A stretch of DNA of 53,790 bases, counting the filler, from Sphacelaria rigidula (taxonomy: Eukaryota), in NCBI GenBank assembly GCA_964200075.2. It is 3 parts of 3 records of this genome, joined end to end, with 100 filler letters (N's around TTAATTAATTAA, not from the genome) between each part and the next. Parts side by side here need not be neighbours in the genome. Positions count along the whole stretch, not along the records: positions 17,965 to 35,828 come from CAXNAA020000977.1; positions 35,929 to 53,790 come from CAXNAA020000978.1; 1 more part is not named here. One strand, written 5' to 3'. The notes beneath the pieces are model-generated. The model was not told the DNA's origin. It ran no database searches and worked only from the letters and a program-made list of their open reading frames with translations. Numbering within the stretch: the first letter of the stretch is position 1; every line of letters begins with the position of its first letter. This document shows positions 34,431-47,000 of this stretch, piece by piece. Position numbers and translations under genes: made by a program.

Positions 34431-35448
34431 GGCAGGTAGATTTGAGTTTCTCGAACTTGGATTAGCTCTGGGTAATCACACCGAACTAATATTAGGGTGG
34501 TCAACTCACTTGATGTTGATCCTTAGCCAAGTCAGTTGATGTTTCATCGATGAAGCCATCACCTAATTTCCTTGAACCTGGGATATGCTTCAATATTATG
34601 AAGTCTTTTTCGGGGTGGTTTTCTCCGCCTGCGACATGTCGATTCCTGCGTTTGCTGTTCCTACATGTACATGCAGCAGGGGGTGGTAATTTGGTCGTCT
34701 AGATCGCACGCCGGTAATTGGCTGGCTTGCTGTGTGTTCCTCGTTGCTCGATCGGTTTTGGCAGGGTGATTGTTTTCTTGTACAGTTTTTTGTACAAAGA
34801 CGCCCTCTGTCGACTCTTGGTTTTATGGTCATCGGTGGTGAGTTCCTTGCACCCCGTGACCACGGGTCGGAGATAAAAACTCATGTAGTGAATGAATTGA
34901 ACTAATGTGACGTGAGCTCTGAAAATCGAAGATGACAGTACTCCGCCGGTGGGAGTTGAGATGAAACGTGCCCGTGCCATGTTTTTTGCGCACGAATTAC
35001 ACCCGTGTCGTGCCTTTCCCGACTCCCTGTAAAACAAAAAGAATCCTCAAAGGACGAGCACGGCGCCCAAACTAGTCGCGGTGCTATCAACAATGAGAAC
35101 TAACGGTCGTCCGCTACCCACCAGTACCGATACAACAGATGCGTGTCCTAGGACGGGTGGGTCCACTGAAAGACATGAATAAAGCTTTGGTGCCATGTGG
35201 CTTCAGCGAAAGTGGGCGGACGACTTCATGCTGTCTTTTGGGTGGTCTTGACGCAGTATACTTTACCATTCGCAAGGGGTTTGTTGGCTCATTTTGACCT
35301 TAGTGTTGAAACCGAAATCCGAATCTTTCAGGGGGGCTGTGCTCCTAGCATGCCCAGAACGCATTTTTGTCTAAATCGGCGCCTGGGGCGCCGATTTGAG
35401 CTCTGGCAACTGACTTTTTGCCCATGCAACACGTTACTCCCCCCTTAA

Positions 35449-35766
35449 CACGGGATCTTACAAATTGGGGATGGATCTCTTGTTGGGGATGAGAAACCCG
35501 GAGAATTAAAATCTTCGTATTCACACCAAATTTTCGAAACAAGCTTCAATTCCTTCACTTACTGATAGCTATTGACGACTGCTACACGCCATAGAAAATT
35601 GGATTTCAATCACTGAGATGTTGGGGTCCCAGGTAAAGGACCAATTTTGGGGAATTCCGGGTGTCCGAATGGACGCCAAAATGGTTCCGAAATTAGTTTT
35701 AGACCTAGGACCCCAACATTTCGGTGATCGAAATCCAAATTCTTATTGCGTATAGCAGTTGTCAAT
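35449..35766. mobile_element. Foldback MITE copy 2 (family of 11563-11998), right arm truncated
   Basis: TTAA|CACGGGATCTTACAAATTGGGGATGGATCT... colinear with copy 1; the right arm stops at GCAGTTGTCAAT and is followed by CAGGGTTGCCAG (35770), which resembles a hAT-type terminus, then the gap. Confidence 0.85.
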
Positions 35767-35828
35767 GAACAGGGTTGCCAGAAAAATGAGAACGTATTTT
35801 GAAATGAGAATCAACCGCTCCCCGGGAT

Positions 35829-35928
35829 NNNNNNNNNNNNNNNNNNNNNNNNNNNNNNNNNNNNNNNNNNNNTTAATTAATTAANNNNNNNNNNNNNNNN
35901 NNNNNNNNNNNNNNNNNNNNNNNNNNNN
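35829..35928. other. Scaffold gap (N44-TTAATTAATTAA-N44 linker)
   Basis: 100-nt N run with central TTAATTAATTAA. Confidence 0.97.
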
Positions 35929-35994
35929 CATCAATTTCAAGTGAAAAAAAATATGCATGATCCAGAAAGACTAATCTCGCGGTCTAAGGGTTAA
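35929..35994 (-). mobile_element. piggyBac-like terminus (…AGGG|TTAA), related to 44499-44625
   Basis: Reverse complement TTAA CCCTTAGACCGCGAGATTAGTC...GGATCATGCA...TTGAAATTGATG matches ACCGCGAGGGTAGTCC...GGATTATGCA...TTGAAATTGATG at 44571-44624, which lies just after TTAA|CCCTTA at 44495-44504. Confidence 0.55.
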
Positions 35995-38900
35995 CCCGGC
36001 ATTTCTGTGTTGGTGTGTACACACGTGCGCTACTCAAGCCCCATGTACCGCAGAGAGGTCAGCAAGTTGATATTGTTCGTGTTTTTTTCATGCCGAGGCC
36101 AGTTTTGGGCTTCATTTCCCTCCGCCAGCTGGCTACAACCCAGAACAGTAGGGTAAATCGAGGATATTTTCAAAAGCACCATGTCACGGTGATGAATCAA
36201 GCTTAGGGTACACCTTCGAACGGCGGCGGTGCTCTAGCACACGGGGTCGCACACACGAGAGAGATACCCGTTTATGTTAGCTGTCCTATGATTGATGTGT
36301 ATAGTACTTGGTCGTCTCCGCTATTGCATCTCTAAATAATTTCTGGTGCGGCACCGACTGTATCTTTACCGCAAGATGCGCCAACCCTGGGCAGGCGGTG
36401 GGCATCGCGTGAATACAGTACTGTCTGTACGGCACCGATCAACACGAGCTATCGAAAACAAAAGCGCGACGGCCAACAGTAGGGAGTCAGCAGTATTGAT
36501 GCCGATATGATCATTTTCTCGGGGTCGTGCCGTCCGGGAGCATGAAACAACGCACAATGGCGACGATAGCACCGTCTTATCTCATGCCCGGCCTGTATCC
36601 AAAGGCGTGGAGGGCACAGGAGGGGGAGCAAGTGGAGCGCAGATGGAGACTGCAACGCCAACCCCGGCCACCACGACCATGCTACAAGCACAACGATGCT
36701 CATAGCAAAATTTTGGTACATCAAACCATGTACAGAAAGATGAAGCACTCCTTGTGAGACTGTTGTTGTCCTGGGATTCCGCTGCGCATGTAACCACTTG
36801 TCCCATTCTCATTATATTCATGACGATACTAGTTTCGATTTCTGTAAGCAGACCCGTCACTGGGGAGTTTGGTGTGAACAGAACAGTATTGTACAGAAAC
36901 ATCGATACAATAGAGAGCACCCTACTAGCAAGGCAGTCCATTATTACAGTACAACAGTCGGGAAGTGAGTAGTACACTACAGTAGTTGGTACGATACAGC
37001 AGTCTTGCAGCGAGTCGAGCGGCCTACAAGTGCGGTCAAGTACCAGGTACCCGCGCTTTCCATATCAGGAGCAGGCACGGCGAGTAGCACTTCGGCGTTG
37101 TTGGTGGTGGAAGGAAAAGATATCATCAAGGAAAGTCGGCTCAGCGTTGTGGATCGGCACGCAATTTAACAGGAGACCAAGAAGAGCATCGTTTGATTCT
37201 TGGAGGCTGCAGCAGGCCTCTCGCCCTCGCATGCAGCGCAGCCATTCCGATTCGTCGCGGGGAGGTATGCCGCCATCGACGTCGCGTGCTTCTCAGGGGT
37301 CGGAAGTAGGTGAGTGTATCCATCCATGGTGTGTGTTCACGCCGCCTGTTCGCCTGTACTCGCTTCATGGCTATGTGCCATCACGTGACAATCCTTCGTT
37401 TCTCGAAAAGACACGTGGTTTCGTCCGGCCAAGTCGAAAGTGTGTTGTGTTGGTGTGAACATATAGCTGTACGACCCAACCGTTTTGTTGCCGTAGTTCC
37501 GGAACTACTGTTGTCCGGACCGGTTTCATTGCACCCCTTTTAGGTTGGGAAAAATGCTTTGAAAACTCTGGTCCTGTTTTCCTACACCCCACGTGGTCCC
37601 GTACAAAAGCACAGACGGTCAAAACGGTGACTTACAACTATACTGTAATCTGTATCCCTCGGGAAGTCCCACATCGTGCGTTTGAAAAAGTGCTGAAGTT
37701 GCTGCGTACCTTCTCTATATTTTTCCCTCTCAAAATCCATTCCTCGAACGTGCTTCTCCTCAACACTGGCGCACCGTACAGCCCTTTGCGCTGAGGGTAC
37801 GACAAGCCCGCATCCCCTATCCCTCGTGAGGATCTAATTTGAATGCCTTCCCTCCTCCTCTTTCCCTCACGGAAACACCACACTCTCCCCCTTTCGCGTT
37901 CCGGGACCGGTCAGTTTCGCCGGGCAAAACAACCACAGAGGCCAGACGGCGTGTGTCGTAAGATGCTCCGAACGTTAAGCACCAACAACAGTACACTGCA
38001 GTACGACAACGAAAGTGTGCACACTACTGTACCCCTAAGCTGTAGGTCCGTTTCCGAGAGCTGGTGGTGCTGGTGATGATTCTTGGACACGGTTGTCATG
38101 TTCGTCATGGAGAATGAAGTGATTTACCTGTGAGGTTTTTCGCACCTGTGTCTTACCATCACGCGACCACCCAACACTCAACTATGCCTTTGCAATTCTT
38201 GCAGCTGTCGACCACACGGTTTTCTCCCTTCATATCGAAAGCCTGTGTAACTGATCATATGACTCAACCGCCTGTAAACTACACACCACCTTATCTGCAG
38301 GTGTGAAGGTGACGCCGCGATGAACACGAAGTTTAGTATGTAGTGTACTGTAAGTTGCAGTGCTTTCTGAGCAAAAAAATCCAGGAGGAGTGCTTGGTTT
38401 GTCGATCCTGTCAGTGCTTCTGTTGCTGTTGTAATGCTCGTACGCGACATTGTTCTTCACCATGATGATGATTTTCATGCGCTGAGCTTGGTAAAATGTT
38501 CCGTACTACCTGCCTGTGCATGTACAATGTCAAAAACAGCAAGATGATATAAAGGTACAAAGGTCCGTAGATCAAGTATGTTACAGGGAGTCCCGTGCTA
38601 CTGTTGATTGCACGATGACCGACCGGCCGTCACCATTTGGTGAGGGGTGGTTGAAGATGCCTTGCTTGGGCTGGCTTTTCCAGCCCGACATCGTTCATCT
38701 CACAACCCGTTCTTTACGTTGCAGTTGTAGTTGTTGTCGACGTTGTTGTTCTTATACACTGTGCAACCCACCCCGAACCTCCACCGTGCACATTACCACG
38801 TCCAATCACAGCCAGTATCAACCGCTGGTCAGCATCGCAGTCAGTCGTCAAACATGTGCATTGAGACAGGCATAACCGTATTCAGGAAGTCGTACATCAT

Positions 38901-41900
38901 CTCCTCGGTGTGTTGCGCGACACCGCCAGCCGTAACCCTCATCGTTCGTACGTGTGCTCTGCGATTTTTTGCTGTGAATGCAACCAGATTCGTGCGTGTA
39001 TACAGTATAATCTCCTTTTCATCCCCTGTCCCCGAACTGAAATCAACCTCCACCTCTTTTCCATCAACTTGTTTTGTACAACAGTACTTGAAGGCGCGTC
39101 TACGGGCGATTACCTCTGCAGTCTGGAGCTGTTCATGAAGTGCATGTAGTAGCATGTTCTTAGTACGTATGGTTCTTTGTCTACAGGCTACGTCCTACAG
39201 GCGCCATGTTTTTACAAATAGTAAACGTTCAACCGACCGGTTGTCTCCTGTGTACATGAGAATACGCCGATGCGCACCAGAAATTATACAACACCAGGGC
39301 TGCTCTCCTCCACTGCTCTACGTGACGCCAGGCCCTGTGATGGACAGGTAGAGCACAATTTTAGACCCTTGACCTCTGTCCAGCACTGTCCGTGTGGCCG
39401 ACAGAGATCGATGGATTCTGTAGCCACCATCCGACCCTTACATCAGCCCGTTTTGCATTTTCCACTCTCTTGTGCTATTTCTCGTGACACATGATCCGAC
39501 GCGGCGGAGAGCACGGGTTGGTCGCCGAAGTTCATGGCTGCAGATTGTTTTCGTTGAGTCCCGGGGCCCAGCCCCAATCCCAACCGCAACCCCACTCCTA
39601 AGGTGAACCAATAACCTTCAGGGAGGCGGGCGATCATATCTTTGCACAAAAAGTGTGCGTTTGCAGAGCTCAAATCGGCGCCGCACGCCCTAACTTGAGC
39701 GAAAACGCATCCCGTGCACGCTGCCGTAACGATGTGTTAATTCAACTGTTGATTTTGGCGACCAACTCCCGTACACTCTACTGTATCCGAGGGTGTCGGA
39801 TCGAGAAACCACCAATAATGAGGCCCAGGCCCCCATCGAAGAATCTGAAGTCCCTTCAAGATCTGCCGAGCTGGAGGCGTTTTGTTTCCCCCAAAACATG
39901 AAGATCGGTGTCGGTAAAGAGATTGGGGAGGGTTGGCGCAGGGTCGTTCTGACCGATTTCACGGTACAATGTGCCCGTTCGAATCGTGCACATGGGCAAT
40001 CATGAGTCCCAAGATGATGAGCGGTCGACGGCCGGCCGGCGTATATTTGCCTGTACAGGCAGATAGATTCACAAAACCTGCCTGTACGATAGAGCCAGTT
40101 CCACAGCACCTTCGAGCAGACTCACTAGCCTAGGGCCGTGTCTAGTCAAATGTTTTCGTGTCGAAAACGTGCGGTGGAATCATATTCGCTCTACACGCCC
40201 TAAGACCAACTCTTCTGGGAGCGTTTGAAAAATTATTTTGCAACAATTTCAGAGGAGTTTTTTTCTCAATCTCATCATGGTGTGAACGGGCACAAAATAT
40301 ACAACTACGGCAAAGAAGGAAAAAAAAAGTCGTTTCAAATTTTTGCAAAAAAAAAAGAAAAAGCTCCCATAAGAGTTGGCCTAAGGACGAAGACTTTTTT
40401 TCATTTACCCACCACGCTCGAAAGAGACAGCGCACCATAATTTATCGCCTGGGCTGTTGGGCGCCCATGACCTGCAGTCCCTTGGAGGATGGTATTGTAG
40501 GCGAGGAAGACCCGACCAGAAGTCCCGGGTCTCGGGTGCTGGAACAATTCCGCTGTTTTACCCCATCTGAATCATCGCAGCAACCCTCATACCCTATTGT
40601 TATTCTCCAAATAAGTTGCGCAACTGAAAATTGGAGCAGACCCATGGGCGCTGAAAGGTTTTAGGTACCGTTCGACCCTTTTGATGGAGCGATTCACATC
40701 CCTAATAACAAGAGTACCGTCAACTGACAGGCCCCTGTGTGAATGCGGGAGGTTGAAACCTTTTTTCCTAGGGATGGGGGATACGAAATCCGGGCTGAAC
40801 CGAAAACAGTAAATGCTTTGTATTGGCACATCGACCATGTGTATTTGAAAAACCTGAAAAAATTGAGCGCCACGTAGTCTCAGAGAGCGGTTTTTGATAT
40901 TTTGACTGGTCGCCTGGTCCAACATTTTTCCATGCAAGTGGCCTGTCTGCGCCCACTTCGTGGTCAAGCCGTCTGTTGTGGCTCGAGAGTTCTGGTTGAT
41001 GATTTGGTTTTATAGCTGATGATGAGACATCAGCAAAAATATACGAAAAGCCCTTCGATATCCACCCTCGAAGGTTTCCCGTCAAACCAACCAGTTTGAA
41101 CGCATTGGGATTTTGTTCCGATTTCCACCGTTTACACCCCGGCGAGTTATCAGACATCAACTTTCCCCCGATCTGTAGCGTAAATTTAGGAAATTCGCAC
41201 GAAAAATGAAAAATCCCGATCTACGCTCCCCCCGATCTGCGTACCGATCAAGATTTGTGACTGCCATGGTGAACGATCTGATGTTGAAAAAACGCCAGCT
41301 GCACAGGGTACTTGGTGAAAGCAATGAGGATACGCGTGCCAGTAGCACTTTGCTAATCGTGTGCACCTTTTCTTGTCCTTCATATATTATTGTGTATCAT
41401 TCGGACACGAAACTTGCCGATCTTGTAGTCCTAGAGCAGTGGCTACCCCCGCCGCACTCTAGGCGCGTGCTACCTATACCCAGCACGGTTACTGTCGAAG
41501 CGTCTATAACTACAGAGACCCGACTGCCATCGCGGGGGTAGTTGCTGGCAATAGGGAAGTGTAAGGATGACCAGCTCACCTTTTGCAGGCCCATGCGCGT
41601 CGCTTGTGCGTGTCATTTTAGTTGTGTACGTCCTGCTGCGTAGTTGGCGGCAGGGCTTGACAGCAAAATCCGCAAACCTAGGGCCAAAAACAAATGCACC
41701 ACGCAACCACACCCGGACGCGGAAAGGCCACGCGTACAGTACATGCTTCCTCTCACCAAATACGCCATGCCCTTGAGCTGATCGGCATAGATGCGTATTC
41801 ACTTCTTGTCCCGCATTACCTCTTTTCTTGGGCTACAGGACGGTAGGTGGGAAATATGAACAATCCTATGCAAAGTACGCTCATTTTTGTCACAAAATGA

Positions 41901-42382
41901 TGCAAGTTTGGCCTCTCTCACGTGGAACCTGCTCGTTGCTAGCTGTGGGCGAACAAGGCCGTCCTCTTGCTGGACACACAGACAGCTCTCATGTTTTCTA
42001 GCAACCGCAGTACTGCTCATTGTCGTGGTTACTTTTTTTACTGGAGGCGTTTCTTCAGTCGACAGGAAGATGATGCGTGGTTTCAAGTACGTTTCCAAAA
42101 TTCCCAACGCGTGCACGCCTCTGGAAAACAATGCTCTCGTATTGGGAACTGTATTGATTGGCCCAAGCTTTGGCGGCCATTGAGCTTTTCCAAGTACACA
42201 GTGAAACGAAGTATTTCTTGCCGTTCGCGCAGCCTCTACGAATTGTTTGCCCCCTCCTGTGTTGTCATGAAGCATGCGGCACACAGTTGTGTAATACTGA
42301 CGGAGAGACTTGAGCAGGCTGGACTGTGTGTTATCTGCAGTTCAATGGGTTGATACGTTGATTGTACTCTCTGTTACAGTAG

Positions 42383-42695
42383 TCGGTCGCCCCGATCCCT
42401 GAGGTGGTATCGTCTAAACGGTTAGACGGTTGGGACGGGTTCGAATCTCGGTAAAGTTGCACGACCGGACTTTTTTGTCACATCATGTCTAACAGTGGAG
42501 AGCGTCCATGTGGGTACACACAGTCGACTTCACGCTCGGCGGGGAAAGTGGCCGCTAAACCCTTTTAGGTAGGCAAGCACCGCAGAAGGAACGTGTAATC
42601 AATCAATTCATCAATTCATCAATCAGTCATATACCGAAATGTGTAGACTGGCGTCCAGCGCAGACGGGATGACAACTCACTCACATACCCATCGT
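42383..42695 (+). mobile_element. tRNA-derived SINE, near full length
   Basis: A-box-like GGTATCGTCTAAACGGTTAGAC and B-box GGTTCGAATC (~42438-42447); body and 3' end shared with 10721-10978; tail GACAACTCACTCAC. Confidence 0.7.
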
Positions 42696-44014
42696 ACTGC
42701 TTTTTGTTTCCCCGCCGATGAAAAAATGAATTGAGGGTTCAGCACCGGAACAATGTATGCTAGGGGGTGTGATGGAAAACGCACTTCAACATCAATAAAT
42801 TTTCTGGCTGTGTGACCCCTGCCCCAGAAGAATGTAGCCTGCGGAAGCACTGGGGGAGGGTGTCTTGTTTGGGTATGTCGCAGCAGTGGTGGTGAACCAG
42901 CGTGCTCTCGATTTGAAAATATTTACTCAAAATACATTGTTCATGGCGAAAATGTCGAATGCCGACTTGATTTGACCCAGAACCGACCAGGGATTCCCCC
43001 CACTATTTTCTACTGCTGCTCAATGGACGTGTTTCGCAATGAAGAACGACAGGCACAAACCCCGGTTGATGACAGGCGATCTCATGCGATCTGTGAGTGG
43101 TGGATCCTAGTCGACAGGCTAACTATAATGAAAATCAGTGAAGACCTGGAGTACCCTTCGAAGTATGGCTGTTGTACTTTTACCCCGCGATCCCTTTGGA
43201 GTCGGATACATTCCTGTCTCGTGTCACGTTTTTTCATATCCTGGAATCTTGGCTACCGAGTAGGGGCAGATGGCAACAATGACGTAGCGACACCTCATAC
43301 TGTACACAAGCAGGTGCCGTCTCTGTGGATCGGAATAGAACGCTGCTCGCCAGGAAAGTGGTCGATATACGGCTTGGCCTCGAGATTGATACAATCAACC
43401 AGGCGCGCTGTATAGCACCATGCTCCTGATTTGATTTGTACACAGTCACTCCGCTCACCTTGACCGTTCTCTTCGCGAACAGACATTTTGAAGGGGAAGC
43501 AAGAGTTCTTGACCCCTCTAAAAGTTGAAAGCAGTCATCCTTGGGATACTACGAGAGCGGCCCGCTGTAAAACAGCCAGCTTCTAGAGCGCCCGAGTTGC
43601 TACGGGCCAACCTAGAAACGAACTCAAATTGTTACAAATCTATGTCATCGATGGAGACGGATCCGACCGTGATACGCACATCTTCTCGATCGTCTGATGG
43701 AGGTGCAAATGTAGATGCCGATCTCTACTCAACAGCCCCGTCAAATGCTTCCTCGTGCGATTGTTGCGATTATTGCGTCGTTGAAGCTTGAAAACAAAGG
43801 TGAATATGAAGGCAGGGATGTCATTCCCTTGTTTCATGTATTTTTAACACGGGAGAACAACGTAAATGACACTATAGCGGCGTAATAATTGTCGGATATT
43901 ACCGAAGCGTTACCTCTCCGGCAGTGCGAACCGCTCGCCCTCCTCCCCGATACATCTCTGCGAAACCCAGGCACATCCAAGCCAGCATCCCCACGACGAC
44001 AGCTCCGTCGGGGC

Positions 44015-47000
44015 ATGCAAAGATCTGTAACCACGGGCAGCGGTCCAATAGCGCCCGCTCGGATGGACTCGGTGTCCAGTTATCGCGTTGGAAACAGAGA
44101 TGCGGGCGGCGACGACTCAAATAACGTGTACTCTTGGTGGACTCCGGGTTACGCGCGACCTGGACCGGTTGTGTTGGAGGGCTGGATGAAAAAGCGCGGC
44201 GGCAGGATCAACCATTGGACAGACAGGTAGGCCCCTCATCCAATAGTGTTGAGCGAGACAAGAAAAGACGAGAAGAAAAAAAGTGAGGATGCGCCGTGAT
44301 TGTGACTGTGATTCTGGCGGTTTTGGTGATTGAGTTTTTTCTTGCCCTTCCGATTGCTTGAGGGCTGATGGGCAACCAATTGGAAGGGAAGAATAAGAGT
44401 AAACATACCGAGAAATGCCGGAATCGTTCTCGCTCTCACGGCGCGTGGTGACTAACTACAGACTGTTTGCACTTTTCTTGTTCGTCGGTTGAAATTAACC
44501 CTTAATACTTTGTTGGGTTGAAGTTGGCCTGCTTGGTTTCGAGTGTAGACCCCGAAATTCGGATAGTTCGACCGCGAGGGTAGTCCAACTGGATTATGCA
44601 CGATTTTTTCAATTGAAATTGATGCCGATTCAACCGATGATTCACTCTCGCCGTCTACGGGTCAACGGGGCTGAGCTCCTAGCGTGCGAAGAACGTGTTT
44701 TTGTCAAAATCGGCGACTCATCATACAACAGCGTAAATTTCGGGAGTGGGAATTACACTTGAGGCACCTGCACCTCCTGCCGGAATTTGAAGGCACCAAC
44801 GGTATACTGTACTTTGAGATACGCCGTAGGCGGGCATGGAATGTAACAAGGAGCTGAATAAGTGTTGCTCGTCCGCTCATCCGAGACGTCTATTGTTTTT
44901 TTTCTTCTCATGAGAGTCAAAGCAACATTCGAAGGACACGTGTACCGATATATATCATGAGCCGCATTTCGATACCCTGTATCACCTCGCGCGTTAGTTG
45001 TTGTCTACCTTGTTCTGCCTGGGCTACTCTGGGGTGCAGTGTTGAGTATATGGTGCATTTACGGCGCACAAGCAAGAATGAACGATGTCAGTTTGTTGAG
45101 TTTGGGATACTGAAAATCGTTCAGCCAGGTTTGTTCACGGCGCAACCTGGACGGGAATTGGATATCACGTTCCCCTTTGTTTGCCGGGAATATCTAGTAT
45201 CGCTTCCGGTCCACACCTGTACTGCAAGGAAAATGGAGCAAAGCAACTGTTACAATGCTTGGCATATCTTGTGAGTTGTGGGCACCTCAGCGGCGCTGGT
45301 ACCGATTTGACACGTCGACAAGTCAAAGATGTTAAACACGAATTTCAGCTATATTTAGCATCAATAAATACCTCTGTGTACCCTGAAGTGGTCATGAACA
45401 AAGGTATACCTTCCTTTTGTCCACTGTTGTATTCACAATCATGGTTCGTTACACAAAGTCCTTGTCTTGGCGCCTCCCTCGATGTGGATGTGGCAGGTAC
45501 TACGTTTTGCGGGAGAGGACTTTGGCGCAATTCGGAAAGGGAGAAGATAATGTGAGTGCCGCCTGCGCTTTTCGCTTTTACGACTGTCAAGATAAGAAAG
45601 ACACCCTTGAATAACCAGTAGTATTGTCAGGTGATTTTCTGCTCGTTTATTTTATTTCGTCTGTTCACGCCGACTTGTCCCTGGGAGTACATGAGTACAT
45701 GCACTGTACTGTAGCGGTCCTAGCTGCTGGAGCTATAGCACTTGGGTACTCAGACTTGAATGCGTGTGGGTGTATGATGACAGCTGGACGATTCTGCGGG
45801 AAGCGGATGATGACGGTGTACAGCTTTTAGTGGCGGGGAGGTACGGCATGACGCAAGGGTCATGTCGCTCGTCTTCCCGGGCATGATGGCATGATGAGAT
45901 GATGCTTTTGTTGTTTGTTGGTGCGTTTCAATGCTAGACACACACACCCACACGCTCCGTCTCTCTCTCTCTGCGTGCGCTACCCAATAACTTTGTCGTC
46001 CTGCAGACTTCCGCGGAGCCGAAGCACGTGTACGAGCTGGACCCTGGTTGCTCGATCTCCGAAATTAAGGAGGTGAAAGCCGGTGGGAAGATGATATTTT
46101 TGTTCCAGGTGAATTGGCCGCAGTTGCCAAACGCTAAGGAGGAGGGAGCCGAGAACAGGTGACTTGTGCGTGTGTTCTGTGTTCTGTCTTGCTCTTTTTT
46201 CTCGCTTGTTTGCCTTGGCTGTGTTGGCCGTAGTGAGCACCTCCGGGTAGTGGGGATGTGCATCAGCTGTGAGCCCATATCGATATATCAGGCCAAAATA
46301 TTGGTGCTTGTTATACTAGGAACGTGAGAGGTGGTACTCGATATATCGATATTTCACGGTACCAGATGTTGCGTCAGGCTGATTTCAGGACTTGAGACCG
46401 TTTCTTACGGTTGGTATTTTTGTTTTGTCTTGTTTTGGGGGGGGAGGGTTCGAGTTTTGGAACATTTGACTCGGTCTTTCGCCCACAAACAGGGAATATC
46501 GTCATCGCACGTCTTGCGCACTTTACTTTACCCCACCGAGAGGAGTCTAGCCTACTCTTCCTATTAACTTGCCTCCGAGGGTTGGAGGATGGCCTCTGAA
46601 CAAAAATAGATGATGAACACGTCCACGGCAGGAGGTTTTGTGTGTGAAATTCAAGACGTGGAACTCGCCTGGGCATTGATAGGACGAAATTGAGTGAAGT
46701 TGTACTGTTATATATGGGATCTGACAAATTGGGTGTTCGGTATTCTTTTTATCAAATTTCTTTCAGGTGTTCGATCCTGCGTGTCCTCCGTTTTTTTCAA
46801 AGCATGCTTGCGACACTTACGCGCTTCTATCCTGTGAGTGGTTTGCGTCCATGTTGATGTTCGAAACGTGTTGGGCGGATAAGGGACGAAGAACGTGCAG
46901 TTGATGAAATCGGTGTACCATGTACCATGCTTGTATTTGTACCTGCAGTGTGTGGCGCCTTCGCCAGACGGAGCAGCATGAAGACGCTAACAGTACGGAG

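Noticed and set aside
39560-39616. Degenerate hexamer run resembling (CCCTAA)n
   Set aside because: Short and highly degenerate; no support for a telomere-related site.
40587-42284. Cluster of 100-160 aa minus-strand ORFs
   Set aside because: No recognisable motif or consistent splice structure; cannot be distinguished from decayed repeat DNA.
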